A stretch of 64,000 bases of DNA. Source: Eledone cirrhosa. Its lineage: Eukaryota. This document shows, piece by piece, positions 1 to 13,315 of the stretch. Location of the stretch: contig OZ024740.1 in NCBI GenBank assembly GCA_964016885.1, positions 7,688,001-7,752,000 of the forward strand, read 5' to 3'. A program made the position numbers and the translations under genes. The notes under the pieces are model-generated. The model did not search any database. It saw only the letters and a program-made list of their open reading frames with translations, and had not been told where the DNA came from. Position 1 is the first letter of the stretch. Every line of letters starts with the position of its first letter.

Positions 1-3000
1 TGTATGTCAGTTTCGATTGGTATATCAGTTACGATTGGTATGTCACTTTCTGTTGGTATATCAGTTTCTATTGGTATGTCAGTTTCGATAGGTATGTCAG
101 TTTTTATTGGTATATCAGTTTCGATTGGTATGTCAGTTTCTATTGGTTTGTCAGTTTCGATTGGTATTTCATTTCCTATTGTTATATCAGTTTCCATTGG
201 TAGGTCAGTTTCTATTGGTATGTCAGCTTCTATTGGTATACCAGTTTCTATTGGTATGTCAGTTTCGATTAGCATGACAATTTCTATTGGTATGTCAGTT
301 TCTATTGGTATGTATGTTTCTATTAGTATATCAGTTTTGATTTGTATATCAGTTTCGATTGGTATGTCAGTTTCTATTGGTATATCAGTTTTGATTGGTA
401 TATCAGTTTCAATTAGTATGTCAGTTTCTATTGGTATATCAGTTTCGATTGGTATATCAGTTTCGATTAGTATGTCAATTTCTATTGGTATGTCAGTTTC
501 TATTGTTATATAAGTTTTGATTGGTATATCAGTTTCAATTAGTATGTCAGTTTCTATTGGTATATCAGTTTCGATTGCTATGTCAGTTGCTATTGTTATA
601 TCAATTTCGATTGGTATGTCAGTTTCTATTGGTATGTCAGTTTCTATTGGTATATCAGTTTCGATAGGTATGTCAGTTTCGATTATTATATCAGTTACTA
701 TTGTTATCTCAGTTTCGATTTGTATGTCAGTTTCGATTGGTATATCAGTTTCGATTGGTATGTCAGTTTCTATTGGTATATCAGTTTCTATTGGTATGTC
801 AGTGTCGATAGGTATGTCAGTTTTTATTGATATATCAGTTTCGATTGGTATGTCAGTTTCTATTGGTTTGTCAGTTTCGATTATTTTATCAGTTAGTATT
901 GGTATGTCAGTTTCGATTGGTATGTCAGTTTCGATCGGTATATCAGTTTCTATTGGTATGACAGTTTTGATTGGTATATCAGTTTGGATTGGTATGTCAG
1001 TTTGGATTGGTATATCAGTTTTGATTAGTATGTCAGCTTCTATTGGTATATCAGTTTCGATTGGTATATCAGTTTCGATTTGTATATGAGTTTCGATTGG
1101 TATGTCATTTTCGATTAGTATATCAGTTTCTATTGGTATGTCAGTTTCGATTGGTATGTCAGTTTTTATTGGTATATCAGTTTCGATTGGTATGTCAGTT
1201 TCGATTAGTATATCAGTATCTATAGGTATGTCAGTTTCTATTTGTATATCAGTTTTGATTGGTATATCAGTTTCGATTGGTATGTCAGTTTCGTTTATTA
1301 TATCAGTTACTATTGTTATGTCAGTTTCGATTGGAAAGTCAGTTTCGATTGGTATGTCAGTTTCTATTGGTATGACAGTTTCGATTGGTATGTCAGTTTT
1401 GATTGGTATATGAGTTTCGATTGGTATGTCATTTTCGATTAGTATATCAGTTTCTATTGGTATGTCAGTTTCGATTGGTATGTCAGATTCTATTGGTATA
1501 TCAGTTTCGATTGGTATATCAGTTTCGATTGGTATATCAGTTTCGATTGGTATATCAGTTTCTATTGGTATATCAATTTCTATTGGTATGTCAGTTTTGA
1601 TTGGTATATCAGTTTCGATTAGAATGTCAGTTTCGATCGGTATGTCAGTCTCGATTGGTATATCAGTTTCGATAGGTATATCAGTTTCGATTGGTATGTC
1701 AGTTTTGATTGGTATATCAGTTTCTATTGCTATATCAGTTTCTGTTGGTATGTCAGTTTCGATTGGTATGTCAGTTTCTATTGGTATATCAGTTTCGATT
1801 GGTATATCAGTTTCTATTGGTATATCAGTTTCTATTGGTATATCAGTTTGATTAGAATGTCATTTTCGATTGGTATGTCAGTTTCGATTGGTATATCAGT
1901 TTCGATACGTATATCAGTTTCGATTGGTATGTCAGTTACGATTGGTATATCAGTTTCTATTGCTATATCAGTTTCTGTTGGTATGTCAGTTTCGATTCAT
2001 ATGTCAGTTTCGATTAGTATATCAGTTTATATAGGTATGTCAGTTTCTATTCGTATATCAGTTTTGATTGGTATGTCAGTTTCGATTAGTATTTCAGTTG
2101 CTATTGGTATATCAGTTTCCATTCGTAGGTCAGTTTCTATTGGTATGTCAGTTTCTATTGGTATACCAGTTTCGATTGGTATGTCAGTTTCTATTGGTAT
2201 GTATGTTTCTATTAGTATATCAGTTTTGATTGGTATATCAGTTTCGATTGGTATGTCAGTTTCTATTGGTATATCAGTTTTGATTGGTATATCAGTTTCA
2301 ATTAGTATGTCAGTTTCTATTGGTATATCAGTTTCGATTGGTATATCAGTTTCGATTAGTATGTCAATTTCTATTGGTATATCAGTTTCTATTGGTATAT
2401 CAGTTTTGATTGCTATATCAGTTTCAATTAATATGTCAGTTTCTATTTGTATATCATTTTCGATTGCTATGTCAGTTGCTATTGGTATATCAATTTCGAT
2501 TGGTATGTCAGTTTCTATTGGTATGTCAGTTTTTATTGGTATATCAGTTTCGATAGGTATGTCAGTTTCGATTCTTATATCAGTTACTATTGTTATCTCA
2601 GTTTCGATATGTATGTCAGTTTCGATTGGTATATCAGTTACGATTGGTATGTCACTTTCTGTTGGTATATCAGTTTCTATTGGTATGTCAGTTTCGATAG
2701 GTATGTCAGTTCTTATTGGTATATCAGTTTCGATTGGTATGTCAGTTTCTATTGGTTTGTCAGTTTCGATTGGTATTTCATTTCCTATTGTTATATCAGT
2801 TTCCATTGGTAGGTCAGTTTCTATTGGTATGTCAGCTTCTATTGGTATACCAGTTTCTATTGGTATGTCAGTTTCGATTAGCATGACAATTTCTATTGGT
2901 ATGTCAGTTTCTATTGGTATGTATGTTTCTATTAGTATATCAGTTTTGATTTGTATATCAGTTTCGATTGGTATGTCAGTTTCTATTGGTATATCAGTTT

Positions 3001-4612
3001 TGATTGGTATATCAGTTTCAATTAGTATGTCAGTTTCTATTGGTATATCAGTTTCGATTGGTATATCAGTTTCGATTAGTATGTCAATTTCTATTGGTAT
3101 GTCAGTTTCTATTGTTATATAAGTTTTGATTGGTATATCAGTTTCAATTAGTATGTCAGTTTCTATTGGTATATCAGTTTCGATTGCTATGTCAGTTGCT
3201 ATTGTTATATCAATTTCGATTGGTATGTCAGTTTCTATTGGTATGTCAGTTTCTATTGGTATATCAGTTTCGATAGGTATGTCAGTTTCGATTATTATAT
3301 CAGTTACTATTGTTATCTCAGTTTCGATTTGTATGTCAGTTTCGATTGGTATATCAGTTTCGATTGGTATGTCAGTTTCTATTGGTATATCAGTTTCTAT
3401 TGGTATGTCAGTGTCGATAGGTATGTCAGTTTTTATTGATATATCAGTTTCGATTGGTATGTCAGTTTCTATTGGTTTGTCAGTTTCGATTATTTTATCA
3501 GTTAGTATTGGTATGTCAGTTTCGATTGGTATGTCAGTTTGGATTGGTATATCAGTTTTGATTAGTATGTCAGCTTCTATTGGTATATCAGTTTCGATTG
3601 GTATATCAGTTTCGATTTGTATATGAGTTTCGATTGGTATGTCATTTTCGATTAGTATATCAGTTTCTATTGGTATGTCAGTTTCGATTGGTATGTCAGA
3701 TTCTATTGGTATATCAGTTTCGATTGGTATATCAGTTTCGATTGGTATATCAGTTTCGATTGGTATATCAGTTTCTATTGGTATATCAATTTCTATTGGT
3801 ATGTCAGTTTTGATTGGTATATCAGTTTCGATTAGAATGTCAGTTTCGATCGGTATGTCAGTCTCGATTGGTATATCAGTTTCGATAGGTATGTCAGTTT
3901 CGATTGGTATGTCAGTTTTGATTGGTATATCAGTTTCTATTGCTATATCAGTTTCTGTTGGTATGTCAGTTTCGATTGGTATGTCAGTTTCTATTGGTAT
4001 ATCAGTTTCGATTGGTATATCAGTTTCTATTGGTATATCAGTTTCTATTGGTATATCAGTTTGATTAGAATGTCATTTTCGATTGGTATGTCAGTTTCGA
4101 TTGGTATATCAGTTTCGATACGTATATCAGTTTCGATTGGTATGTCAGTTACGATTGGTATATCAGTTTCTATTGCTATATCAGTTTCTGTTGGTATGTC
4201 AGTTTCGATTCATATGTCAGTTTCGATTAGTATATCAGTTTATATAGGTATGTCAGTTTCTATTCGTATATCAGTTTTGATTGGTATGTCAGTTTCGATT
4301 AGTATTTCAGTTGCTATTGGTATATCAGTTTCCATTCGTAGGTCAGTTTCTATTGGTATGTCAGTTTCTATTGGTATACCAGTTTCGATTGGTATGTCAG
4401 TTTCTATTGGTATGTATGTTTCTATTAGTATATCAGTTTTGATTGGTATATCAGTTTCGATTGGTATGTCAGTTTCTATTGGTATATCAGTTTTGATTAG
4501 TATATCAGTTTCAATTAGTATGACAGTTTCTATTGGTATATCAGTTTCGATTGGTATATCAGTTTCGATTAGTATGTCAATTTCTATTGGTATATCAGTT
4601 TCTATTGGTATA
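1..4612. repeat. Tandem higher-order duplication: ~1-2405 repeated at ~2610-4612, with whole monomers missing from copy 2
   Basis: Matching ORF translations at offsets 2609 (517/3126), 2537 (1043/3580) and 2213 (1426/3639, 1848/4061), all 18n-1. Both copies carry the 17-bp monomer CAGTTTGATTAGAATG (~1848, ~4061). Confidence 0.88.
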
Positions 4613-6456
4613 TAAGTTTTGATTGGTATATCAGTTTCAATTAGTATGTCAGTTTCTATTGGTATATCAGTTTCGATTGGTATGTCTGTTTCTATTGGTA
4701 TGTCAGTTTCTATTGGTATATCAGTTTCGATAGGTATGTCAGTTTCGATTATTATATCAGTTACTATTGTTATCTCAGTTTCGATTTGTATGTCAGTTTC
4801 GATTGGTATATCAGTTTCGATTGGTATGTCAGTTTCTATTGGTATATCAGTTTCTATTGGTATGTCAGTGTCGATAGGTATGTCAGTTTTTATTGATATA
4901 TCAGTTTCGATTGGTATGTCAGTTTCTATTGGTTTGTCAGTTTCGATTATTATATCAGTTACTATTTGTATGTCAGTTTCGATTGGTATGTCAGTTTCGA
5001 TTGGTATATCAGTTTCTATTGGTATGACAGTTTTGATTGGTATATCAGTTTGGATTGGTACGTCAGTTTGGATTGGTATATCAGTTTTGATTAGTATGTC
5101 AGCTTCTATTGGTATATCAGTTTCGATTGGTATATCAGTTTCGATTGGTATATGAGTTTCGATTGGTATGTCATTTTCGATTAGTATATCAGTTTCTATT
5201 GGTATGTCAGTTTCGATTGGTATTTCAGTTGCTATTGGTATATCAGTTTCCATTGGTAGGTCAGTTTCTATTGGTAGGTCAGTTGCTATTGGTATACCAG
5301 TTTCGATTGGTATGTCAGTTTCGATTAGTATGTCAATTTCTACTGGTATGTCAGTTTCTATTGGTATGTATGTTTCTATTAGTATATCAGTTTTGATTGG
5401 TATATCAGTTTCGATTGGTATGTCAGTTTCTATTGGTATATCAGTTTTTATTGGTATATCAGTTTCAATTAGTATGTCAGTTTCTATTTGTATATCAGTT
5501 TCGATTGGTATGTCAGTTTCAATTGGTATGTCAATTTCTATTGGTATGTCAGTTTCTATTGGTATATCAGTTTCTATTGGTATGTCAGTTTCGATTGGTA
5601 TGTCAGTTTCGATTGGTATGTCAGTTTCGATTGGTATATCAGTCTCGAATGGTATGTCAATCTCGATTGGTATGTCAGTTTCTATTGGTATGTCAGTTTC
5701 GATTGGTATCTCAGTTGTTATTGTTATATCAGTTTCGATTGGTATGTCAGTTCCTATTGGTATGTCAGTTTCGATTATTATATCAGTTACTATTGGTATA
5801 TCAGTTTCTATTGCTATATCAGTTTCTGTTGGTATGTCAGTTTCGATTCATATGTCAGTTTCGATTAGTATATCAGTTTTGATTGGTATGTCAGTTTCTA
5901 TTGGTACGTCAGTTTCGATTAGTATTTCAGTTGTTATTGGTATATCAGTTTCCATTGGTAGGTCAGTTTCTATTGGTATGTCAGTTTCTATTGGTATACC
6001 AGTTTTGATTGGTATGTCAGTTTCGATTAGTATGTCAATTTGTATTGGTATGTCAGTTTCTATTGGTATGTCAGTTTCTATTGGTATATCAGTTTCCATT
6101 GGTAGGTCAGTTTCTATTGGTATGACAGCTTCTATTGGTATACCAGTTTCTATTTGTATGTCAGTTTCGATTAGCATGACGATTTCTATTGGTATGTCAG
6201 TTTTGATTAGTATATCAGTTTCAATTAGTATGTCAGTTTCTATTTGTATATCAGTTTCGATTGGTATATCAGTTTCGATTAGTATGTCAATTTCTATTGG
6301 TATGTCAGTTTCTATTGGTATATAAGTTTTGATTGGTATATCAGTTTCAATTAGTATGTCAGTTTCTATTGGTATATCAGTTTCGATTGCTATGTCAGTT
6401 GCTATTGTTATATCAATTTCGATTGGTATGTCTGTTTCTATTGGTATGTCAGTTTC

Positions 6457-9400
6457 TATTGGTATATCAGTTTCGATAGGTATGTCAGTTTCGATTATTA
6501 TATCAGTTACTATTGTTATATCAGTTTCGATTTGTATGTCAGTTTCGATTGGTATATCAGTTTCGATTGGTATGTCAGTTTCTATTGGTATATCAGTTTC
6601 TATTGGTATGTCAGTGTCGATAGGTATGTCAGTTTTTATTGATATATCAGTTTCGATTGGTATGTCAGTTTCTATTGGTTTGTCAGTTTCGATTATTATA
6701 TCAGTTACTATTGGTATGTCAGTTTCGATTGGTATGTCAGTTTCGATTGGTATATCAGTTTCTATTGGTATGACAGTTTTGATTGGTATATCAGTTTGGA
6801 TTGGTACGTCAGTTTGGATTGGTATATCAGTTTCGATTGGAATATCAGTTTCGATTGGTATATGAGTTTCGATTGGTATGTCATTTTCGATTAGTATATC
6901 AGTTTCTATTGGTATGTCAGTTTCGATTGGTATGTCAGATTCTATTAGTATATCAGTTTCGATTGGTATATCAGTTTCGATTGGTATATCAGTTTTGATT
7001 GGTATATCAGTTTCTATTGGTATATCAATTTCTATTGGTATGTCAGTTTCTATTGGTATATCAGTTTCGATTGGTATATCAGTTTCGTTTGGTATGTCAG
7101 TTTCTATTGGTATATCAGTTTCTATTGGTATGTCAGTTTTTATTGGTATATCAGTTTCGATTAGAATGTCATTTTCGATTGGTATGTCAGTTTCGATTGG
7201 TATATCAGTTTCGATAGGTATATCAGTTTCGATTGTATGTCAGTTTTGATTGGTATATCAGTTTCTATTGCTATATCAGTTTCTGTTGGTATGTCAGTTT
7301 CGATTCATATGTCAGTTTCGATTAGTATATCAGTTTCTATAGGTATGTCAGTTTCTATTTGTATATCAGTTTCGATTGGTATTTCAGTTGCTATTGGTAT
7401 ATCACTTTCCATTGGTAGGTCAGTTTCTATTGGTAGGTCAGTTTCTATTGGTATACCAGTTTCGATTGGTATGTCAGTTTCGATTAGTATGTCAATTTCT
7501 ACTGGTATGTCAGTTTCTATTGGTATGTATGTTTCTATTAGTATATCAGTTTTGATTGGTATATCAGTTTCGATTGGTATGTCAGTTTCTATTGGTATAT
7601 CAGTTTTGATTGGTATATCAGTTTCAATTAGTATGTCAGTTTCTATTGGTATATCAGTTTCGATTGGTATGTCAGTTTCTATTGGTATATCATTTTCGAT
7701 TGCTATGTCAGTTGCTATTGGTATATCAACTTCTATTGGTATGTCAGTTTCTATTGGTATGTCAGTTTCTATTGGTATCTCAGTTTCGATAGGTATGTCA
7801 GTTTCGATTATTATATCAGTTACTATTGTTATCTCAGTTTCGATATGTATGTCAGTTTCGATTGGTATATCAGTTACGATTGGTATGTCACTTTCTGTTG
7901 GTATATCAGTTTCTATTGGTATGTCAGTTTCGATAGGTATGTCAGTTTTTATTGGTATATCAGTTTCGATTGGTATGTCAGTTTCTATTGGTTTGTCAGT
8001 TTCGATTGGTATTTCATTTTCTATTGGTATATTAGTTTCCATTGGTAGGTCAGTTTCTATTGGTATGACAGCTTCTATTAGTATACCAGTTTCTATTGGT
8101 ATGTCAGTTTCGATTAGCATGACAATTTCTATTGGTATGTCAGTTTCTATTGGTATGTATGTTTCTATTAGTATATCAGTTTTGATTGGTATATCAGTTT
8201 CGATTGGTATGTCAGTTTCTATTGATATATCAGTTTTGATTAGTATATCAGTTTCAATTAGTATGTCAGTTTCTATTGGTATATCAGTTTCGATTGGTAT
8301 ATCAGTTTCGATTAGTATGTCAATTTCTATTGGTATGTCAGTTTCTATTGGTATATAAGTTTTGATTGGTATAACAGTTTCAATTAGTATGTCAGTTTCT
8401 ATTGGTATATCAGTTTCGATTGCTATGTCAGTTGCTATTGTTATATCAATTTCGATTGGTATGTCAGTTTCTATTGGTATGTCAGTTTCTATTGGTATAT
8501 CAGTTTCGATAGGTATGTCAGTTTTGATTATTATATCAGTTACTATTGTTATCTCAGTTTCGATTTGTATGTCAGTTTCGATTGGTATATCAGTTTCGAT
8601 TGGTATGTCAGTTTCTATTGGTATATCAGTTTCGATTGGTATGTCAGTTTCTATTGGTTTGTCAGTTTCGTTTATTATATCAGTTACTATTGGTATGTCA
8701 GTTTCGATTGGTATGTCAGTTTCGATTGGTATATCAGTTTCTATTGGTATGACAGTTTTGATTGGTATATCAGTTTGGATTGGTACGTCAGTTTGGATTG
8801 GTATATCAGTTTTGATTAGTATGTCAGCTTCTATTGGTATATCAGTTTCGATTGGTATATGAGTTTCGATTGGTATGTCATTTTCGATTAGTATATCAGT
8901 TTCTATTGGTATGTCAGTTTCGATTGGTATGTCAGATTCTATTAGTATATCAGTTTTGATTGGTATATCAGTTTCTATTGGTATATCAATTTCTATTGGT
9001 ATGTCAGTTTTGATTGGTATATCAGTTTCGATTAGAATGTCAGTTTCGATTGGTATGTCAGTTTAGATTGGTATATCAGTTTCGATAGGTATATCAGTTT
9101 CGATTGGTATGTCAGTTTTGATTGGTATATCAGTTTCTATTGCTATATCAGTTTCGGTTGGTATGTCAGTTTCGATTGGTATGTTAGTTTCTATTGGTAT
9201 ATCAGTTTCGATTGGTATATCAGTTTCGTTTGGTATGTCAGTTTTTATTGGTATATCAGTTTCGATTAGAATGTCATTTTCGATTGGTATGTCAGTTTCG
9301 ATTGGTATATCAGTTTCGATAGGTATATCAGTTTCGATTGGTATGTCAGTTTTGATTGGTGTATCAGTTTCTATTGCTATATCAGTTTCTGTTGGTATGT

Positions 9401-12400
9401 CAGTTTCGATTCATATGTCAGTTTCGATTAGTATATCAGTTTCTATAGGTATGTCAGTTTCTACTTGTATATCAGTTTTGATTGGTATATCAGTTTCTAT
9501 TGGTATGTCAGTTTCGATTGGTATTTCAGTTGCTATTGGTATATCAGTTTCCATTGGTAGGTCAGTTTCTATTGGTAGGTCAGTTTCTATTGGTATACCA
9601 GTTTCGACTGGTATGTCAGTTTCGATTAGTATGTCAATTTCTACTGGTATGTCAGTTTCTATTGGTATGTATGTTTCTATTAGTATATCAGTTTTGATTG
9701 GTATATCAGTTTCGATTGGTATGTCAGTTTCTATTGGTATATCAGTTTTTATTGGTATATCATTTTCAATTAGTATGTCAGTTTCTATTTGTATATCAGT
9801 TTCGATTGGTATTTCAGTTTCAATTGGTATGTCAATTTCTATTGGTATGTCAGTTTCGATAGGTATGTCAGTTTTTATTGGTATATCAGTTTCGATAGGT
9901 ATGTCAGTTTCGATTATTATATCAGTTACTATTGTTATATCAGTTTCGATTTGTATGTCAGTTTCGATTGGTATATCAGTTTCGATTGGTATGTCAGTTT
10001 CTATTGGTATATCAGTTTCTATTGGTATGTCAGTGTCGATAGGTATGTCAGTTTTTATTGATATATCAGTTTCGATTGGTATGTCAGTTTCTATTGGTTT
10101 GTCAGTTTCGATTATTATATCAGTTACTATTGGTATGTCAGTTTCGATTGGTATGTCAGTTTCGATTGGTATATCAGTTTCTATTGGTATGACAGTTTTG
10201 ATTGGTATATCAGTTTGGATTGGTACGTCAGTTTGGATTGGTATATCAGTTTCGATTGGAATATCAGTTTCGATTGGTATATGAGTTTCGATTGGTATGT
10301 CATTTTCGATTAGTATATCAGTTTCTATTGGTATGTCAGTTTCGATTGGTATGTCAGATTCTATTAGTATATCAGTTTCGATTGGTATATCAGTTTCGAT
10401 TGGTATATCAGTTTTGATTGGTATATCAGTTTCTATTGGTATATCAATTTCTATTGGTATGTCAGTTTCTATTGGTATATCAGTTTCGATTGGTATATCA
10501 GTTTCGTTTGGTATGTCAGTTTCTATTGGTATATCAGTTTCTATTGGTATGTCAGTTTTTATTGGTATATCAGTTTCGATTAGAATGTCATTTTCGATTG
10601 GTATGTCAGTTTCGATTGGTATATCAGTTTCGATAGGTATATCAGTTTCGATTGTATGTCAGTTTTGATTGGTATATCAGTTTCTATTGCTATATCAGTT
10701 TCTGTTGGTATGTCAGTTTCGATTCATATGTCAGTTTCGATTAGTATATCAGTTTCTATAGGTATGTCAGTTTCTATTTGTATATCAGTTTCGATTGGTA
10801 TTTCAGTTGCTATTGGTATATCACTTTCCATTGGTAGGTCAGTTTCTATTGGTAGGTCAGTTTCTATTGGTATACCAGTTTCGATTGGTATGTCAGTTTC
10901 GATTAGTATGTCAATTTCTACTGGTATGTCAGTTTCTATTGGTATGTATGTTTCTATTAGTATATCAGTTTTGATTGGTATATCAGTTTCGATTGGTATG
11001 TCAGTTTCTATTGGTATATCAGTTTTGATTGGTATATCAGTTTCAATTAGTATGTCAGTTTCTATTGGTATATCAGTTTCGATTGGTATGTCAGTTTCTA
11101 TTGGTATATCATTTTCGATTGCTATGTCAGTTGCTATTGGTATATCAACTTCTATTGGTATGTCAGTTTCTATTGGTATGTCAGTTTCTATTGGTATCTC
11201 AGTTTCGATAGGTATGTCAGTTTCGATTATTATATCAGTTACTATTGTTATCTCAGTTTCGATATGTATGTCAGTTTCGATTGGTATATCAGTTACGATT
11301 GGTATGTCACTTTCTGTTGGTATATCAGTTTCTATTGGTATGTCAGTTTCGATAGGTATGTCAGTTTTTATTGGTATATCAGTTTCGATTGGTATGTCAG
11401 TTTCTATTGGTTTGTCAGTTTCGATTGGTATTTCATTTTCTATTGGTATATTAGTTTCCATTGGTAGGTCAGTTTCTATTGGTATGACAGCTTCTATTAG
11501 TATACCAGTTTCTATTGGTATGTCAGTTTCGATTAGCATGACAATTTCTATTGGTATGTCAGTTTCTATTGGTATGTATGTTTCTATTAGTATATCAGTT
11601 TTGATTGGTATATCAGTTTCGATTGGTATGTCAGTTTCTATTGATATATCAGTTTTGATTAGTATATCAGTTTCAATTAGTATGTCAGTTTCTATTGGTA
11701 TATCAGTTTCGATTGGTATATCAGTTTCGATTAGTATGTCAATTTCTATTGGTATGTCAGTTTCTATTGGTATATAAGTTTTGATTGGTATAACAGTTTC
11801 AATTAGTATGTCAGTTTCTATTGGTATATCAGTTTCGATTGCTATGTCAGTTGCTATTGTTATATCAATTTCGATTGGTATGTCAGTTTCTATTGGTATG
11901 TCAGTTTCTATTGGTATATCAGTTTCGATAGGTATGTCAGTTTTGATTATTATATCAGTTACTATTGTTATCTCAGTTTCGATTTGTATGTCAGTTTCGA
12001 TTGGTATATCAGTTTCGATTGGTATGTCAGTTTCTATTGGTATATCAGTTTCGATTGGTATGTCAGTTTCTATTGGTTTGTCAGTTTCGTTTATTATATC
12101 AGTTACTATTGGTATGTCAGTTTCGATTGGTATGTCAGTTTCGATTGGTATATCAGTTTCTATTGGTATGACAGTTTTGATTGGTATATCAGTTTGGATT
12201 GGTACGTCAGTTTGGATTGGTATATCAGTTTTGATTAGTATGTCAGCTTCTATTGGTATATCAGTTTCGATTGGTATATGAGTTTCGATTGGTATGTCAT
12301 TTTCGATTAGTATATCAGTTTCTATTGGTATGTCAGTTTCGATTGGTATGTCAGATTCTATTAGTATATCAGTTTTGATTGGTATATCAGTTTCTATTGG

Positions 12401-13315
12401 TATATCAATTTCTATTGGTATGTCAGTTTTGATTGGTATATCAGTTTCGATTAGAATGTCAGTTTCGATTGGTATGTCAGTTTAGATTGGTATATCAGTT
12501 TCGATAGGTATATCAGTTTCGATTGGTATGTCAGTTTTGATTGGTATATCAGTTTCTATTGCTATATCAGTTTCGGTTGGTATGTCAGTTTCGATTGGTA
12601 TGTTAGTTTCTATTGGTATATCAGTTTCGATTGGTATATCAGTTTCGTTTGGTATGTCAGTTTTTATTGGTATATCAGTTTCGATTAGAATGTCATTTTC
12701 GATTGGTATGTCAGTTTCGATTGGTATATCAGTTTCGATAGGTATATCAGTTTCGATTGGTATGTCAGTTTTGATTGGTGTATCAGTTTCTATTGCTATA
12801 TCAGTTTCTGTTGGTATGTCAGTTTCGATTCATATGTCAGTTTCGATTAGTATATCAGTTTCTATAGGTATGTCAGTTTCTACTTGTATATCAGTTTTGA
12901 TTGGTATATCAGTTTCTATTGGTATGTCAGTTTCGATTGGTATTTCAGTTGCTATTGGTATATCAGTTTCCATTGGTAGGTCAGTTTCTATTGGTAGGTC
13001 AGTTTCTATTGGTATACCAGTTTCGACTGGTATGTCAGTTTCGATTAGTATGTCAATTTCTACTGGTATGTCAGTTTCTATTGGTATGTATGTTTCTATT
13101 AGTATATCAGTTTTGATTGGTATATCAGTTTCGATTGGTATGTCAGTTTCTATTGGTATATCAGTTTTTATTGGTATATCATTTTCAATTAGTATGTCAG
13201 TTTCTATTTGTATATCAGTTTCGATTGGTATTTCAGTTTCAATTGGTATGTCAATTTCTATTGGTATGTCAGTTTCGATAGGTATGTCAGTTTTTATTGG
13301 TATATCAGTTTCGAT
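6457..13315. repeat. Near-identical tandem duplication, period 3419 bp (190 monomers minus 1 bp)
   Basis: Identical translations at offset 3419 (6783/10202, 7237/10656, 7305/10724, 8362/11781, 8875/12294). The 1-bp deletion GATTGTATG is shared (~7235, ~10654). Confidence 0.93.
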
